Shown here piece by piece: positions 39,093 through 48,801 of a stretch of 64,000 nucleotides of DNA. The translations under genes were made by a program, and so were the position numbers. Origin of the DNA: Rickettsiales bacterium (GTDB taxonomy: Bacteria; Pseudomonadota; Alphaproteobacteria; Rickettsiales; UBA6187); NCBI GenBank assembly GCA_028223895.1, contig JAOIVE010000001.1, forward strand, positions 1,270 through 65,269. Reading direction: 5' to 3'. Numbering within the stretch: position 1 is the first letter of the stretch; each line of letters starts with the position of its first letter. The notes under the pieces were generated by a model. It saw only the letters and a list, made by a program, of their open reading frames with translations, ran no database searches and was not told where the DNA came from.

Positions 39093-39231
39093 TTTGTTTG
39101 CTCGTAATTATATGGTTTGCTGCACGCATAGAAAACCCACCACACCTATTTTCTAGGTGTGCTGTTTTCATTATTTGGATGTGTAGGTGTTATATTCTGC
39201 GGCTTTCGGGACAAAGATGACGTTCATTTAA

Positions 39232-40059
39232 CTAAGGAAGGTCACCAGCATATTGCACATTTTGCATATTCTTCATTTCATCAAGTGCCCATGCGGCTAA
39301 TCCCATGTCTTTGCTTCCAAGAGTTTGAGTTAGTGGCCAGCTTATTTGAGCTAACTGTTCTGGAAAAATACGAGTTAGTTTGGGAAGGTTCAAAAAATCG
39401 GCTGCTTTAATCTCATTTTCTCTAATTGCTATAACATAAACAAAAAGAGGCCCACATATAAAAGCAATAGATTGCATATTACGCTTCAAGTTACCAAGAG
39501 GCGGGTTAGGACCAGACTTTGTTCTAGCTATTGTTTGAGATGTTCTTAACCAAGCCGTATCTGAATCTTCATTGTGCTTACCAATATAAATTGCAAAATA
39601 TTCTGGTATTGTCCGTTGGGTCATAAATAAATAACGATCATTTTGCGGTGTTACATTTGTGTCTTGTTCCGCATGTTCTCCAACTATTGACTTTAAAGTA
39701 ACCCAAAGGGCAAGAATATTCTGTTTTTGAGCGCAAATATGAAACTCTTCGTTTTTTAAAATTTTTTCCAATATAGGCTTGGCTTCACTTTCTATCTTAC
39801 TCATCCAGCCGTTGTTGCAATCCTCACAGACCACCCTTAGCTTTTTAGTTGTAAGGTGGCCTTGTCGTTTTAATTTTTTAGCCCCTGTCTGTTCTTTCCA
39901 TTTAAAAGTGTTTACCTCGCTAGTGTTATTAGCATCGCCAATAATTGGTAAAAACGTATGCATCCACTCCGGCCAGATATGCTCTTTACTTTTTTTCCGA
40001 GTTCTATTGCAAAAAATACAAGTTCTGTTCATTTTTTTCATAAAAGTACTGCATTTCAT
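39232..40059 (-). CDS. HNH-like (CxxC...EH...CxxCNN) moron
   Basis: CIFCNRTRKKSKEHIWPEW...VCEDCNNGWMS; AT-rich. Confidence 0.65.
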   Translation of the reverse strand: MKCSTFMKKMNRTCIFCNRTRKKSKEHIWPEWMHTFLPIIGDANNTSEVNTFKWKEQTGAKKLKRQGHLTTKKLRVVCEDCNNGWMSKIESEAKPILEKILKNEEFHICAQKQNILALWVTLKSIVGEHAEQDTNVTPQNDRYLFMTQRTIPEYFAIYIGKHNEDSDTAWLRTSQTIARTKSGPNPPLGNLKRNMQSIAFICGPLFVYVIAIRENEIKAADFLNLPKLTRIFPEQLAQISWPLTQTLGSKDMGLAAWALDEMKNMQNVQYAGDLP

Positions 40060-40146
40060 TTGAGGGGTTTAAACGTCCGCTTTGAGTCTCAATCTGCCAT
40101 TTTTAATATTAAAATAGCACGGTTTAATTAAATAACATGCCTTTTT

Positions 40147-40643
40147 TTAACCGTATTTCCTGCTTGTATCAGCCTGTAGTTCAAAGAAAGCGACCCATTC
40201 CGTAAATTGACGCGTGTCCATGGCTTCAATTTCTGCCAAGGGGCGGCAGAGGCGTACAGCTAATGCTAGCTGGTTGCGTCTGGTTGGGTCGCGCCTAAGT
40301 TTCCCTTTTGGGTTTCCACATCACCGAAGAAATGATCTTCGATTTTCTCTGCAATACGCGATACCACACGGTAATCAGCTTCCTGCATTAGCTTGTCGCG
40401 GTCGGTCACGGTAAAGAGGCGTTTGCCTTCTTTATCCTTGGCTTTTACCACGATGATATTGGCGGCTTGCTCGATGTTGCTGGCCTTTTTGCTGGCAATC
40501 TTCTGCATCAGGTTTACCTCTGCCATGGTCATTGGGAATACATGGATTTCCAGCGGTCCAGCTTCATCGCCCCATTCAGAAACGGCAATAATTAGCCGCT
40601 CTTGTGCGGCGTAGTGTTTTGTTGCGCGGTTAATAGCACTCAT
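40147..40643 (-). CDS. Tail assembly chaperone G (40266-40643) and -1 frameshifted GT form
   Basis: Slippery G-GGA-AAC at 40299-40305; the -1 frame is open for 52 codons (LAVRLCRPLAEIEAMDTRQFTEWVAFF). Confidence 0.85.
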
Positions 40644-40654
40644 GATTTTCTCCT

Positions 40655-41047
40655 TTATGCTACGGTTGATTCAGTAAGCGCACCTGTGCCGGTAAAGCTG
40701 AAGGAAGCCTCAACAATTCCGTCAAAGGATGCGTTGTAAGAAATTGAAGTGATGATGGCATCGCCACTCCAGTAGGTAGCACCAGAATCATCGCCTTCAG
40801 GGTAAAGATTAAGCGTGACCGTGCCACCAACGGATAATGCGCCCTGACCATTGGTGTCGGTTTCATCCCAGAATCCTTCAAAACTGCCAGACCAACCTTT
40901 GATGGTGGCTTGGTTTTTTCGCCATGATGTACCGATGATGGATGCATCCACCGTGTCACTGGTAATTTCCAGCGACCATGATTTAATTTCTGCAACCTGA
41001 TCCGATCCAATAAAGACCTTACCTTCGCTGCCTGCATGAGTAGCCAT
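40655..41047 (-). CDS. Major tail tube protein
   Basis: VAEIKSWSL...KGWSGS...FTGTGAL; position in the operon. Confidence 0.85.
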   Translation of the reverse strand: MATHAGSEGKVFIGSDQVAEIKSWSLEITSDTVDASIIGTSWRKNQATIKGWSGSFEGFWDETDTNGQGALSVGGTVTLNLYPEGDDSGATYWSGDAIITSISYNASFDGIVEASFSFTGTGALTESTVA

Positions 41048-41070
41048 AGTTTTCTCCTTGAGTTGGTTTG

Positions 41071-41514
41071 TTAAATAAGGGTTTGTGGTGCGGTTTCTTT
41101 AACGGCATAAAGCACTGAAAACGTCATCATCATGACCGCAATCGGCTTTTCTCCATCATCGGAGAATTGCATTTGCGTGGTATCAAGCGCGGTATCTTTT
41201 ACCAAGCCGCCAAGCGTCTGGTCGGCTGCAATCAGTTGTTCAATTTCCAATGCCAATGTATCGATGATTTCATCTGCATTGCTGTTTGCCTTCACATAGG
41301 CTTCGACCGTAAGCAATAATTCACGGTGCTGCGTGCGTGGGCGGGACATGGATTGTTCACCCACCGTTTCTTGCTTGGTATAAACCAGCAACGCAGGAAG
41401 TTTGGGATCATCCAGAGGATAGGCGCGTGCTTCAAATACGTTATTGCCAGCGGAGGTATTGCCTTTGAGCAAAGTCGTTATTGCATTTCTGATTTGGGTG
41501 CGTGCGTGGCTCAT
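41071..41514 (-). CDS. Tail terminator/completion protein
   Basis: MSHARTQIR...LPALLVY...DQTLGG; position in the operon. Confidence 0.75.
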   Translation of the reverse strand: MSHARTQIRNAITTLLKGNTSAGNNVFEARAYPLDDPKLPALLVYTKQETVGEQSMSRPRTQHRELLLTVEAYVKANSNADEIIDTLALEIEQLIAADQTLGGLVKDTALDTTQMQFSDDGEKPIAVMMMTFSVLYAVKETAPQTLI

Positions 41515-41822
41515 AGTTTCTCCAGAATAAGTTCGGTAATGCCCTCACTATCGGGGCGGATAACGGCGACTTCATAATCCTGCCCATCGATCTGAAACTG
41601 ATCGGCGGTTTGGATTTCCAGAATGTCGGCAGTGCGAACGGAAAGCACGGGACGACTTGCCACCACGTCCACGCTCTCACCGCCAACAATTTCCGTAAAT
41701 TCCTGCAACATGCCGGATAGAACGCGAGGGCTTCCACCACCCTGAGTGTAAGTCACCACGCGTCCATCTAGCGTTTGCAGGAGCGACAGATCATGCAGCC
41801 GCATATCATCGAGGAAGCTCAT
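41511..41822 (-). CDS. Head-tail joining protein (gpFII-like)
   Basis: IDGQDYEV..IRPDSEGITELIL; position in the operon. Confidence 0.75.
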   Translation of the reverse strand: MSFLDDMRLHDLSLLQTLDGRVVTYTQGGGSPRVLSGMLQEFTEIVGGESVDVVASRPVLSVRTADILEIQTADQFQIDGQDYEVAVIRPDSEGITELILEKL

Positions 41823-42155
41823 TTACAGCCCCACATTGAGCAATATTTTTACATTTGCATCACCCGACGCCGCAGCTTCTGCCGCCACACCAACGATAGT
41901 ATTGCCCGATGCGGTGGTGGTAAGGTTGCTGTTAGCAGTGCTCCAATAGAGCTTTGCACCCTGCGTTACCGCGCCACTGGCTTTGGGAACGCTAAACACG
42001 CCGCTAATATGCACCGCACCAGTTTTGCCATCGGCAATGGCGGTCTTTGCCACTGCACCGATTGCACCCACCAGCACAAAATCGCCGGAAGAAACATCTG
42101 CACCTGATGGTGTGTAGTCGAGAGCTTTGCCCTCTTGAACATAGTTAGTAGCCAT
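41823..42155 (-). CDS. DUF2190 capsid cement/decoration protein
   Basis: MATNYVQEG...SGVFSVPK...GAKLYW. Confidence 0.85.
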   Translation of the reverse strand: MATNYVQEGKALDYTPSGADVSSGDFVLVGAIGAVAKTAIADGKTGAVHISGVFSVPKASGAVTQGAKLYWSTANSNLTTTASGNTIVGVAAEAAASGDANVKILLNVGL

Positions 42156-42180
42156 AAGATTTCTCCTTTAGTTTAGGCAT

Positions 42181-42210
42181 TAAAAAAGCGGCTCAGAGAA
42201 TCTGGCCGCC
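42181..42210 (-). terminator. Rho-independent terminator after the capsid gene
   Basis: Minus strand GCGGCCAG-ATTCT-CTGAGCCGC-TTTTTT. Confidence 0.7.
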
Positions 42211-42240
42211 TGTAAGGTTGGGGTTGGTTGAGATTAGAAA

Positions 42241-44160
42241 TTAAGCACCTGGGTTTTTATACATGGTACGATATTCAAGAGGCGATGCCGCCGCATCAAT
42301 GCGTACCTTGTATTCACGCCCATCAATCGTCCAGCCATCCATGTCATCTAGGAATGGCAGTGCCACACCGTCCAGATAGCCAACCTCGATAGTATCGAAG
42401 GAATTGGCATCTGCCAGTAGGTACCATGCCGTGGCTGAGGCCGCATCCAAACGGGCATCGGCAAGCACCTCAAGCGCACCATTAACGGTGGCCAGATTGC
42501 GTACTCGGCTGTTTGCCTGATCGGGATTGGTTTCAGACGACATCAGCACGGCTGCTGTATCCACTATATCTACTGGTGTTAGCATAAAGCTCGGACGGAT
42601 ATTCAAGGTTGCATCACCATCCTTTTGTTTACGCATAGCAGCTCTAGCTTTACTAACACTTGCAGCAGAAATAGCAGTTCCAGATGCCGCCAGATTCTTA
42701 TGATCAGCATGGAATACAGCTTTTCCGTCCGACATATTTGGATTGTCTGTCAAAATTGAAAAGACCAGGTCACCCACAGTACGCGCTGCAGCACGTCCTA
42801 GTGTACGTGGAATGCGTGTGAATGCTTCCAGATCATCATTGATAATGGCGTGACGGGTGATACTAAACAGTTCTCCATAAGTAGCTAACTGGATTTGCTC
42901 TCCACGCTCCCCGATTGTGGTATGTTTATATTCGCCACCTTCTTCAACCTTGCGCAATGATGCCACCGTACCAATGCCTGTTCGAGTATGAATCTTGAAA
43001 TCAGACAGATTTCCGGCGCGGGTGAATCGAGGGAATATCTCTGGCGCTTCTTCATAACCACGCAACATGGCCTTACGGGCATTGTTTTCCAAAATCTTTG
43101 GAAAATCACTGCTGGAATGGGTGAAGGCTCGTCCAATCATCGTGCTACGATCCATACCCTCGGTACGCACATTATGCAGCTCTAAGCATTTACGTGCGAT
43201 ATCCACCAGCTGATAACCGCATAGCTCACTGGCTTTGCTGCGATCATCCAGCAGACCCGCACGAACAGAAATAGCATCTTCCGCAGCACGAGAAAATTTC
43301 TCCGCAGCAGATTCGCCCATTTCAATGCGCTGACCACTTGCTGCTGGTTGCTCATTTTTACCGATAGCATCGAGCAGCAATTTACGCGCCTCGTTGATAT
43401 CAATTTCAGGATCATCAAGGCAGGCATCGCGTACTTCCGTATGGTCATCGTGATTGGTAAAGAGCGTGCGAATCTCAGTACGGCGTGCTTTTTCAAGCTC
43501 CAGCGCACGGGTAGCACCTTCATCCGCTGCCGTTTTACGCAAGGAATCGATATCTACCTCCTCATTACGCTCCGGCATTTCATTTAATTTTTTAGGCATA
43601 ATAGTCTCCTCTTGGTTAGGTTGGGGTTGGGTTTCTTCACTCCGACCAACTCCAACGGTAGAGTCGGCGGGAATATCGACCAGTGAAATCTCCATCGGTG
43701 TCCAACTGGTCACGCGATAGAGATCTGGTGTATCTTTGTTCTCCTGTTCGAGTTTGCGCTCGTTAATACGATAAGCGACAGAAACATTACGAAGGATTCC
43801 GTCGCGCACATCCTGCCAGATGCCTTCCACCTCAGCGCGTTTAGAAAGGCGCACTTCTGCATGGCCACGGCCTTTTTCAATCCATGCACGCTCAACAACG
43901 CCGATACGATTATCGCGCTCGGAACGATCATGGTTATAAAGAAGTGGCGCAGAGCTATTGAGGCGTTCAAGGTCTGCTTCATCCTTGTCATGCCCCAGCA
44001 CCTCAATCCATGGTTCGCTGAAAAAGCTCTGGCGGGTGACAGGTTCTTCCGACGAAAAAGAAAGCCGCACAAGGCGGCTATTTTCATCAACAATCGATTC
44101 TCGCGTGAGGTCAATCGTCCTTGTCAGTAGTTCCTGATTCTTTGTCGTTTTCTTTGGCAT
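42241..44160 (-). CDS. Fused prohead protease-major capsid protein
   Basis: AAGGAG RBS before MPKKTT; LLYNH, RNVSVAY, EISLVDIPAD; capsid part HSSSDFP, SDFK, IINDDL, KNPGA. Confidence 0.92.
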   Translation of the reverse strand: MPKKTTKNQELLTRTIDLTRESIVDENSRLVRLSFSSEEPVTRQSFFSEPWIEVLGHDKDEADLERLNSSAPLLYNHDRSERDNRIGVVERAWIEKGRGHAEVRLSKRAEVEGIWQDVRDGILRNVSVAYRINERKLEQENKDTPDLYRVTSWTPMEISLVDIPADSTVGVGRSEETQPQPNQEETIMPKKLNEMPERNEEVDIDSLRKTAADEGATRALELEKARRTEIRTLFTNHDDHTEVRDACLDDPEIDINEARKLLLDAIGKNEQPAASGQRIEMGESAAEKFSRAAEDAISVRAGLLDDRSKASELCGYQLVDIARKCLELHNVRTEGMDRSTMIGRAFTHSSSDFPKILENNARKAMLRGYEEAPEIFPRFTRAGNLSDFKIHTRTGIGTVASLRKVEEGGEYKHTTIGERGEQIQLATYGELFSITRHAIINDDLEAFTRIPRTLGRAAARTVGDLVFSILTDNPNMSDGKAVFHADHKNLAASGTAISAASVSKARAAMRKQKDGDATLNIRPSFMLTPVDIVDTAAVLMSSETNPDQANSRVRNLATVNGALEVLADARLDAASATAWYLLADANSFDTIEVGYLDGVALPFLDDMDGWTIDGREYKVRIDAAASPLEYRTMYKNPGA

Positions 44161-45661
44161 CGGGTTCTCCTTCGTTTTGATTAAAAAGTGATAATTGCTT
44201 GCCGCCATTACTGGTGCTAAAGCTGATGCCAGCTTCTTTTTCCTGTTCGCGTTCCTGCTTGATTTGCTCAAACGTATCCTGCGGATTGCCACCGCGTTCA
44301 CGGATAACCTGAGCACGCGATTTAAAACCAGCGGCAACAGCCTTTTCCTCGGCAGTGACTTCTTTTTGTGGATCAATCCACGGCATCACTGGCCCTTGGA
44401 AGCCAGCTTTTTTGAGTGTGCGCGGGTTAATCTCGTTCTGCGGCACTTGCAATTGACCAGATAACACCGCCATATCTACAAACCGCTCCCAGATAGGGCG
44501 GACGCAGCGTTCAATGAAATATTCCCTAAGCACCGCATAATGTACCGATTGCTCCACCAGTTCCTGACGCTGGGCGGAGTATGTGCCGTTATAATCCTTG
44601 GCAATGGAGGAGTAGCCAGTGGAAGTACCAGCTGCCACCGCACGCAATTGTGAATTACGGAACTGCTCCAGCATGGTGTTGGGGCGGTTGCTATCAATCA
44701 TGCCGACTTCTTCACCTGGCAGAAGATTGTCAAAAATCATACCAGGCTGCATTTTCATCAGACGGTTTCCGGCACTATCGACCTGTACACCGGATGCGGG
44801 GCCATCGAGTGATTTACGCACATAAGCGCAAATACTCGCTGCCACCTTTGCCGCCAGCCGTTCGGAAAGCTCATAATCCTTGATATCCTCCATGCGTGTA
44901 AGCACGCTGGCAAAGATGGATACTCCGCGTGTCTGGCTGATACGCTTGGCTATTTTTAAATGGATGATCTTCTCGGCGGCAAAGCGCTTGGTATCCTGCC
45001 GTGTTACCAGCGTGTGGGCATTGCCGGGATGCTCCTTATAAAGGTAATAGGCTCGCGCTCTGCGCCATGCATTCTTTTCCACGCCGTGGAGAATGCGTTT
45101 TTTCTGGTCACTCAGGTCAAACGGCAGGAAATCTGCTTCAATCATCTCCAGCGAATATGGAACCAGCGTATGGTGGTCAATGGTGCTACTGGTGCCTTCA
45201 ATATGTTTGATAAGCACTTCACCATCGCGGAACCAGTGCCGCGCCAGCAGGCGAAGCATGTGATTCCAGTGGCATTCCCAAGTCACTTCAGGGAAGCGAA
45301 TCCATTCCTCCCACAGCTCAATCAGCTGGTCGTTGACAGGTTTGGCAAGCTCGCCTGATTTTAATTTTACCTGCGGCTCAACATTAACCCCACGCCCCAC
45401 CACATTATTAACGAGGCAGTCCAATACGCCACCAGCCAGATCATGGTTTTCATCCAAGTGACGCGCTTGCAGGCGCAAGGATTCCCCAGCGCGTTCAACA
45501 ATAGCATCGCCAGAACCAGAATCCGTTTTGGTTTTCCGCAGGCGTGAAGGCTGCGCGGCTTCATAAGCACGCTGTGCTTTAAGCACTTTACGCGCCGTAT
45601 CGCGACGAAGAGCTGATTCAGGCGAAATAAGCTCGATTGTTTTATCAATAAAATTAGACAT
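44111..45661 (-). CDS. Portal protein, lambda family
   Basis: AYEAA, RLQARHLDEN, DGEV, YSAQR, PWIDPQKE. Confidence 0.95.
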   Translation of the reverse strand: MSNFIDKTIELISPESALRRDTARKVLKAQRAYEAAQPSRLRKTKTDSGSGDAIVERAGESLRLQARHLDENHDLAGGVLDCLVNNVVGRGVNVEPQVKLKSGELAKPVNDQLIELWEEWIRFPEVTWECHWNHMLRLLARHWFRDGEVLIKHIEGTSSTIDHHTLVPYSLEMIEADFLPFDLSDQKKRILHGVEKNAWRRARAYYLYKEHPGNAHTLVTRQDTKRFAAEKIIHLKIAKRISQTRGVSIFASVLTRMEDIKDYELSERLAAKVAASICAYVRKSLDGPASGVQVDSAGNRLMKMQPGMIFDNLLPGEEVGMIDSNRPNTMLEQFRNSQLRAVAAGTSTGYSSIAKDYNGTYSAQRQELVEQSVHYAVLREYFIERCVRPIWERFVDMAVLSGQLQVPQNEINPRTLKKAGFQGPVMPWIDPQKEVTAEEKAVAAGFKSRAQVIRERGGNPQDTFEQIKQEREQEKEAGISFSTSNGGKQLSLFNQNEGEPDAKENDKESGTTDKDD

Positions 45662-45881
45662 CTGAAAAATCCGCTAATGCTGCTTGTTGGTTTTGTTGGA
45701 TGGTTTGCTCAAAAGCAGAAACGCGCCGTTCCCAATATTGAATCTGCTCGCGTATTTCCTTCGAGTTAGCCAGTGTCAGGCTGCGTCCATTCATGGTATA
45801 GCTTTGCCCTTTGGCTACCGCTAAATCCGCTGCAATCCACGCATCAAGTGCGGTTTGCGCTTGTGTTAATGTGAGTGCCAT
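45654..45881 (-). CDS. Head completion protein (gpW-like)
   Basis: GQSYTMNGRSLTLAN; between terminase and portal. Confidence 0.8.
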   Translation of the reverse strand: MALTLTQAQTALDAWIAADLAVAKGQSYTMNGRSLTLANSKEIREQIQYWERRVSAFEQTIQQNQQAALADFSDV

Positions 45882-45890
45882 ATTGTTCTC

Positions 45891-47747
45891 CTAGTTAAAA
45901 TTCCAATCTTCATAGCCAAGCCATTCGCTGGTTTGGCTGGACTCTGGCTGTTGTTCTTCTTTTTGTTTAAGTCGTTCGCGTTCTTGCTCTTTTGCTAATG
46001 CATCCAGATTTGGATTCAGGATGTGCAGTGCTGCCAAGCCATAGACGCGGCAATCTAACGCCTCGTTACGCCTGCCTTTTGGCATCACCCATATGCGTGT
46101 GGGATGGCCGTTGATGAACTTGGTCTGAATGCGTTCTGCTGTCAGTTGCTTAAAATATTTCTCCGGATAATCCGCAGGGAAATGACAATAGCCTGCGCCG
46201 GGCTGATGAATCTTCAGCCGCGAATAAATCATCTGCTTGGCAGTATCCGTACCAATTGAAAATAATTTCACGCGCAATTTATTGTTACGGCTGAACTTGC
46301 TAACCAGCGGCTTGCCAATTTGCGATGCACCTTTGATGGCATAAACGCGTTGATGCTCACGGTTTTTACAATATTCATAAACCTTTTGCGTATGGTGACC
46401 GCCCGTATCAACGCATGCACAGGAGATTGCTAGCGTGCGCCCATCGGTCGTCGTCACCATCTGTTGCAGCACTTTGTCTAAATCTTCCCAGACTTTTAGC
46501 TGAGCTGGATCGCCATGCAGCACATGATATTGCAGCGACCAGCTTTCCTGACCCAAACCCCAGCCGATTAACTCAATTTCTAATCGGTCGTCCTGCACGT
46601 CCACACCAGCGGTAATCACCACCACGCCTTCTGGCGATATGCGCCCCCAGTTTTCTTTGCGTCCGAGCAAACCCGATGGATCAATCCCTTCGGTGGCTTC
46701 TTTCCATGTTTCGCCAAGGCTGGTATTCACCCAAACTTTGAGAGTTTCCGGCAGGCGTTTGGCTTTAAAAAAATTTACCACCATCTCTGACCATTTAACC
46801 CATGGGCTATACAGCTCAGAGATATGAAAGCCTGCAATGCCGTTAAATGCGGCTTCGGCTTTCCATTCGCCTCGTGCCAGCATCCATATTTTATCGCTCT
46901 CTTGTAGCTTGGCCTTGCAATGCTCACATTCATAATGCGTGGTTTTAGGCTGGCGTTTCTCAAACTTCACCTGCGCCCAACTGAGCACTTGAAATGCCCC
47001 ACATTCGGGGCATGGTACATAATATTTCTGCTGATCGCTTTGCTCATAACGTGCTGCAATCTTACTCTCTCCCTCATTGGTGGGAGTAGACGCTGAAACC
47101 AACAGGCGGTTCCAGAATGTCGTGGTACGCTTATAAGCCAGCGAGCCTGGGTCACCTTCCGTACCAGCCGAATGCGGATAACGGTCTTCTTCATCCAGCA
47201 GCACAATCCGTATCGGGCGACTGGCAAGCGAGGCGGGGCTATTTGCTCCCGCCATCGTAATATGCCCACCTACGAATTTCTTGTGCAGCAGCGTGTTGTT
47301 GCTATTGCGGCTGCGCGGATCACCTAATAATTCCGCCAGCTCATCCGTATCACGAATCATCGGCGCAAGGCGGTCTTTACTCCATGTTTCCGCCATATCC
47401 AAAGTTGGCTGAATCAGCAGCAGGGGCGATGGGTCCTGATGCATAAAATAACCGATGATATTATTGATAATCTCGGTTTTGCCGATCTGCGAGCTGGTCA
47501 TGTACACCACCTCCGATACGCCCGGCTTATTCACCGCATCCATCATCCCCCTTTGATACGGTGCGCGATCGGTTACCCACTTTCCCGGTTCCGAGCTTGC
47601 TTCCGGACTCAGGCGGCGATACTGATCCGCCCACTGGCTCACCGTCAGTTCCGGCGGCGGAGTCCAGGCCTTCATCACCGTCTTCATCATCTGCGGATAT
47701 GTCTTCTTCTTCCGATTCATAGGTAGCCAGCTCCGATAACGCCTCAA
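45891..47747 (-). CDS. Terminase large subunit (lambda gpA family); start uncertain
   Basis: SSQIGKTE, LDEEDRY, STPT, CPEC/CEHC, GVDVQ, VDTGG, RNEALDC. Confidence 0.95.
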   Translation of the reverse strand: MRRYRSWLPMNRKKKTYPQMMKTVMKAWTPPPELTVSQWADQYRRLSPEASSEPGKWVTDRAPYQRGMMDAVNKPGVSEVVYMTSSQIGKTEIINNIIGYFMHQDPSPLLLIQPTLDMAETWSKDRLAPMIRDTDELAELLGDPRSRNSNNTLLHKKFVGGHITMAGANSPASLASRPIRIVLLDEEDRYPHSAGTEGDPGSLAYKRTTTFWNRLLVSASTPTNEGESKIAARYEQSDQQKYYVPCPECGAFQVLSWAQVKFEKRQPKTTHYECEHCKAKLQESDKIWMLARGEWKAEAAFNGIAGFHISELYSPWVKWSEMVVNFFKAKRLPETLKVWVNTSLGETWKEATEGIDPSGLLGRKENWGRISPEGVVVITAGVDVQDDRLEIELIGWGLGQESWSLQYHVLHGDPAQLKVWEDLDKVLQQMVTTTDGRTLAISCACVDTGGHHTQKVYEYCKNREHQRVYAIKGASQIGKPLVSKFSRNNKLRVKLFSIGTDTAKQMIYSRLKIHQPGAGYCHFPADYPEKYFKQLTAERIQTKFINGHPTRIWVMPKGRRNEALDCRVYGLAALHILNPNLDALAKEQERERLKQKEEQQPESSQTSEWLGYEDWNFN

Positions 47748-48168
47748 AAATGGTGCGCTTTAAAAACTTCTCAATTTCATGCGTGTCTTTTAAGTTAGAG
47801 ATCTGATAGGCGGTCTTGGTCGGGATGCTCAGCATCTTGGCGCGGCACGCCGTAACCATCTGGCTCCAGTCTGCTTCCACCCGTTCTACCGTCACCAGTT
47901 CGCCCGTTCGTTCTGCCAACTCAATCTCAGCCATATCGGCTTGCGCTTTGAGCAGCCGTGCTCGTTCCAGATGCGTATCCTGTGGCGCGACACCCTGACC
48001 GAAAGCACGTTGTTGCAGATAATTGATGTAGGATCGAACGCAGCCGATTAACTCATACTGGTTCTTTTCCGGCTTCGGGATAACACCTTCTCGCGCCAGT
48101 TGCTGTACCCGCCGTTCGGATAGTCCGAAGAGTTTTGCAATAGTGCTGACAGGATAAGCCGTTGGCAT
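47527..48168 (-). CDS. Terminase small subunit (Nu1-like)
   Basis: IAKLFGLSERRVQQL HTH; ERARLLKAQADMAE...GELV. Confidence 0.9.
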   Translation of the reverse strand: MPTAYPVSTIAKLFGLSERRVQQLAREGVIPKPEKNQYELIGCVRSYINYLQQRAFGQGVAPQDTHLERARLLKAQADMAEIELAERTGELVTVERVEADWSQMVTACRAKMLSIPTKTAYQISNLKDTHEIEKFLKRTIFEALSELATYESEEEDISADDEDGDEGLDSAAGTDGEPVGGSVSPPESGSKLGTGKVGNRSRTVSKGDDGCGE

Positions 48169-48287
48169 GGTAATACGCTCATTTTATTCATAATTTTCCA
48201 TCTAATTGACTTGATTAAGAGCGTGATTGAAGCATTCATGGATATGTCCTCAAAGGGCAAAACATTAATCAAAAAAGGAACTTAACA

Positions 48288-48476
48288 ATGAATCAAGAAG
48301 CTAGATTTAACGCATTTATCAAACAGCTAACTCTATTATCCAAAGAGCATGGCATTGCCATACAAGCCATAGGAGGCGTGCATATTTTTGATAAACCCGA
48401 AGATGCCAAAAACATCGCTTATAGCCAAGATCACACAAGCGGCGACCTTGAATACACACTTAATGAGCAGGAGTAA
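48288..48476 (+). CDS. Hypothetical small phage protein
   Basis: AAGGA RBS; FIKQLTLLSKEHGIAI. Confidence 0.7.
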   Translation: MNQEARFNAFIKQLTLLSKEHGIAIQAIGGVHIFDKPEDAKNIAYSQDHTSGDLEYTLNEQE

Positions 48477-48481
48477 TTACC

Positions 48482-48801
48482 ATGAAAAATACCAACAAAA
48501 CTAATAAAACAAAATCACCCTCTAATGCTGCACAAGCAACATCCAGCAACAGCGTGCAACACGATGCAACACCAAGCAACGCACCTAAAAGCCGGAAACC
48601 AAACAATCGATTATCATTGGCTTGCTCACCCGCGAGGAGGGAGCAACACTACCAGAACTCATTGCCGCCACCGAATGGAAACCCCATTCGGTACGCGGCC
48701 ATCTTTCCAACCTGCGGAAAAAGCGAGGCATGCCGATTGAGACATTTACCAACACTGATGGCAATCGCGGTTATCGTCTGGTTGAAGCTCAAGCCTCCTG
48801 A
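48482..48801 (+). pseudogene. DUF3489-family protein, frameshifted in the A4 run at 48587-48590
   Basis: The second frame reads TKQSIIIGLLTREEGATLPELIAATEWKPHSVRGHLSNLRKKRG...YRL. Confidence 0.75.

Noticed and set aside
48531-48590. Idea that gain of one 10-bp repeat unit restores the DUF3489 frame (phase variation)
   Set aside because: A TAA at 48586-48588 blocks the DUF3489 frame downstream of the repeats; only a change in the A run repairs it
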